This document shows positions 61,021-64,000 of a DNA stretch of 64,000 nt, one piece after another. Each line of letters starts with the position of its first letter. The first letter of the stretch is position 1. The DNA is taken from the NCBI RefSeq assembly GCF_035594765.1, contig NC_085841.1, positions 98,317,574 through 98,381,573 of the forward strand. Direction: 5' to 3'. Both the position numbers and the translations under genes were made by a program. The DNA is from Anolis carolinensis. Taxonomy: Eukaryota. The notes under the pieces are model-generated. The model saw nothing but the letters and a program-made list of their open reading frames with translations. It searched no databases and was not told the origin of the DNA.

Positions 61021-61913
61021 CAGTGGTTCTCAACCTTCCTAATACCGTGACCCTATGATACAGTTCCTCATGTTGTGGTGACCTCCAACCATAACATTAT
61101 TTTCATTGCTACTTCATAACTGTAATTTTGCTACTGTTATGAATCTTAATGTAAATATCTGATATGCAGGATGTATTTTCATTCACTGGACCAAATTTGG
61201 CACAAGTATCCAAATTTGAATACTGGTGGGGTTGAGGGGGATTGATTTTGTCATTTGGGAGTTGTCATTGTTGGATTTATAGTTCACCTACAATCAAAGA
61301 GCATTCTGAACTCCACTAACGATTGAATTGAACCAAACTTGGCAACAAAACTCCCATTACCAGCTGAAAATAGTGGAAGAGTCCGGTGGGCATTGAGTTT
61401 TGGAATTGTAGTTCATCTACATCCAGAGAACACTGTGGAATCAAACTATGATGAATCTGAACCAAACTTGGCACAAGTACTCAATATGCCTAAATGTGAA
61501 CACTGGTGGAGTTTGGGAAAAATAGACTTTGGCATTCTGGGAGTTGTATTTCACCAACACTCAAGAGAACACTCTGTGCCAAACTTGTGATGAATCTAGT
61601 AAACTTGTCATACATACCCAACATGCCAAACTTGGAATACTGGTGGGGTTTCGAGGGGACTGACCTCAGAAGTTGAGAGTTATAGTTCACCCATATTGAC
61701 AGAGCAATGTGCACTCAATGGATGGATCTGGACTAAACTTGGCACAAATACCCAATATGACCAACTTTGAATACTGGTGGGGTTTGGGGGGGGGGGGGGG
61801 GGAACTGACCTAACATGATGGTAATTATAGTTTCTGATGGTCTTTGGCGGCTCCTCTGACACTCCCTCATGACCCCCCCCCAGGGGTCCCGACCCCCAGG
61901 TTGAGAAATGCTG
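61021..61913. mobile_element. SPIN-type (Space Invader/URR1-like) non-autonomous hAT with captured internal repeats
   Basis: TIRs CAGTGGTTCTCAACCT and AGGTTGAGAAATGCTG. Perfect 8-bp TSD CCCTAGAG. The first 160 bp match the SPIN/URR1 terminus as I recall it (CAGTTCCTCATGTTGTGGTGACC...GCTACTTCATAACTGTAATTTTGCTACTG). Confidence 0.88.
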
Positions 61914-61987
61914 CCCTAGAGATTGCACTGGCATATGAATAGTTCTCTCAGACAGTATGTAACAATGCCAGAGTTTATTAATGATAA

Positions 61988-62270
61988 CACTGGCCAACAT
62001 TTGTTTTGATGCCTCAAATGCTAGACCTGTTTCTGGGTATATTTGATCTGTTGAGCCCAAAAATTGCACCAGTTTCCTTGCATCAGCTCTAGTTTCTGAT
62101 CCAGAACATATGCCATATATCTGTCACCATCTGCTCACCCATAAAAAATCATGATAACCATATTTAAGAAAGGAGAGTCTATCCAATGCAGTTTTCTGAA
62201 TCGGCACCCCAAATAACCTCAGGAACAGGACAAAAAACTAAGACATCAAGATTTTTTTGATTGGGCTGTG
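61988..62270. mobile_element. Chapaev-like MITE
   Basis: CACTGGCCAA...TTGGGCTGTG termini with TAA on both sides. Family assignment is inferred from the CAC...GTG ends and 3-bp TSD. Confidence 0.6.
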
Positions 62271-62857
62271 TAATTTAATGTCATCTCCATTCTAACTCAA
62301 ATCAAGCCTCTCTTGCCTGAGAGTGTTTCTGGCTCCTTTTAGGTCAGCTTGCATGACATGCCAGTGATATCAAGAAATCAGACCCCCAAATTATGAAATA
62401 TATACAATTATATAAAATAGAAACTGTGGCTCCACAAAAAATACAGCAAGCCTGAGCCTCTTGTCTTGCATTAACCTGATGTATAAATTGTCTCTGGAAT
62501 GTTGTCTGGTAACACCCAAGACCCCTGCTTTAATTTCTATAATCCCCTCACAATGGACTGGGAGATGGGGGAAATTACTCAATGGATATACGTCAGAGCT
62601 CCCTTGGTCTGTTTCCTGCTCCCATTGATGAGATCGAGGCTATCTGTGGGAAAGATCCGGCACCCATGCCTCAAGCCAGCTTCACCTATTAAGATGGTCA
62701 TCACTCCCAAGTATCCATTGTGTACACTGGACTAAACCTATTGTGCTAACCAGACCTAACCCATTCAACCCATCAAAGACTCACTACATATTGCTATACC
62801 ACATTCCTTTTGATCGCGCCCCTCTCATAGGTGGACTGACACTACAAATGATCACAG

Positions 62858-63212
62858 TGTTGCTGTGAGATTTCCGGGCTGTAAGGCCATGTTCCAGAAG
62901 CACTCTCCTGATGTTTCTCCCACATCTATGGCAGGCATCCTCAGAGGTTGTGAGATCTGCTGGAAACTAGGCAAGTGGGGTTTCTATATCTCTGGAATGA
63001 CCAGGGTGGGAGAAAGAAACAAATGTGAATGTTGTCATTGGCCACTTTGATTAGCATTGAATGGCCTTACAGCATCAAAGCCTGGCTGATTCCTGCTTGG
63101 GGAAATCATTTGTGGAGAGGTGTTAACTGGCCCTGATTGTTTGATGTCTGGAATTCCACTGTTTTTTTAGTGTTGTTTTTTATTTACTGGCCTGATTTTA
63201 GAGTTTTTTTTA
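62858..63212 (-). mobile_element. Penelope-like fragment with degenerate hammerhead (62907-62947)
   Basis: Reverse-complement homolog of 24930-25240. Confidence 0.8.
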
Positions 63213-64000
63213 ATCCTGTTCCTCCCAAGTACCCTCTCCATGTACTTCCATCCTAAAGCTGCATGTTTGGTGGAATAATACATCTCTCCCAGATAGAAGG
63301 GATATACCATTCTTCCATGAAGATATAAAATGGTGTACAACCGACATGCTGCCTCCAGAATCCCTTACAAAGCATTTGTATATATAGCAACACAGAGAGA
63401 AAAGAAGAGAGTGGATAAGTCTGCTTAACAAGTCAACTCCAGAACTATAAATTGGCCACCAAAATGCAATCATAATAAAAGCGGAGGCTTGGGAAAGGAA
63501 AGTAATCCCCAGATAATTTTGGAAAAAGCCTTCAATTCCTGAGAAGGCTCAAAATGTTTTTGTTTATTTTTGCAAGTCTTACCTAATTTGCTTGTTTCAC
63601 TTCATATGTGCAGATTGCTTGTTTTAAGTGAAATATTTACTGAATGAATCATGCTACACTTGTCTTTTTTATTGAGGTGTAGGAATTAATCCCCATTCTT
63701 TCAGAGTAATGTTTTTCTCTTGTGCCAACGTTTCTGTCAAAGAAGCAATCCCAGGAACACATCTGCTTCATTAATTGAGGAATACCTGTTGTAATATTGT
63801 GGTGTCATTGCACTTTTGTAATTAATTTTAGGGTTTTTCACACGACACAATTATAGCACAATGATTCCACCTTAACTGCCATTGCTGCATCCTATGGAAT
63901 CATGGGATTTGCAGTTTAGGGTGAGTGTCTTTTTCAAAATTCCTCAACCTGAGAGATCAAGTTTCTCTCCAGCTACAATCCCAGGATTACATAGGATGAA

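Noticed and set aside
1-64000. Host protein-coding gene or exons
   Set aside because: No non-TE ORF resembles a protein family I recognise, and I saw no consistent exon chain. Small exons could be missed without RNA-seq or alignment.

Overview
Vertebrate genomic DNA of about 40% GC. The repeat content (Sauria SINE, CR1, L1, Dong/R4, Penelope, Vingi, SPIN/hAT, Helitron) points to a squamate reptile, probably Anolis carolinensis or a close relative; this taxon call is inference from recalled repeat families, not a database hit. I recognised no host protein-coding exon, so the window looks intergenic or intronic, and nearly all short ORFs in the track are noise or transposon debris. The main features are: (1) a full-length L1 with two intact ORFs (28358-34851, minus strand, 14-bp TSD) inside a hAT MITE; (2) a nested stack at 8.2-12.7 kb of hAT element, then (TAA)n, then a Dong/R4 LINE, then a solo LTR; (3) several Penelope fragments with minimal hammerhead-ribozyme motifs, one forming an 87-bp-arm palindrome; (4) composite non-autonomous Helitron and SPIN-type hAT elements that share one internal tandem module; and (5) many CR1 fragments, SINEs, MITEs and solo LTRs with readable target-site duplications. 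I found no convincingly new biological system. The most unusual signals are cargo sharing between unrelated DNA-transposon superfamilies and the ribozyme palindrome.
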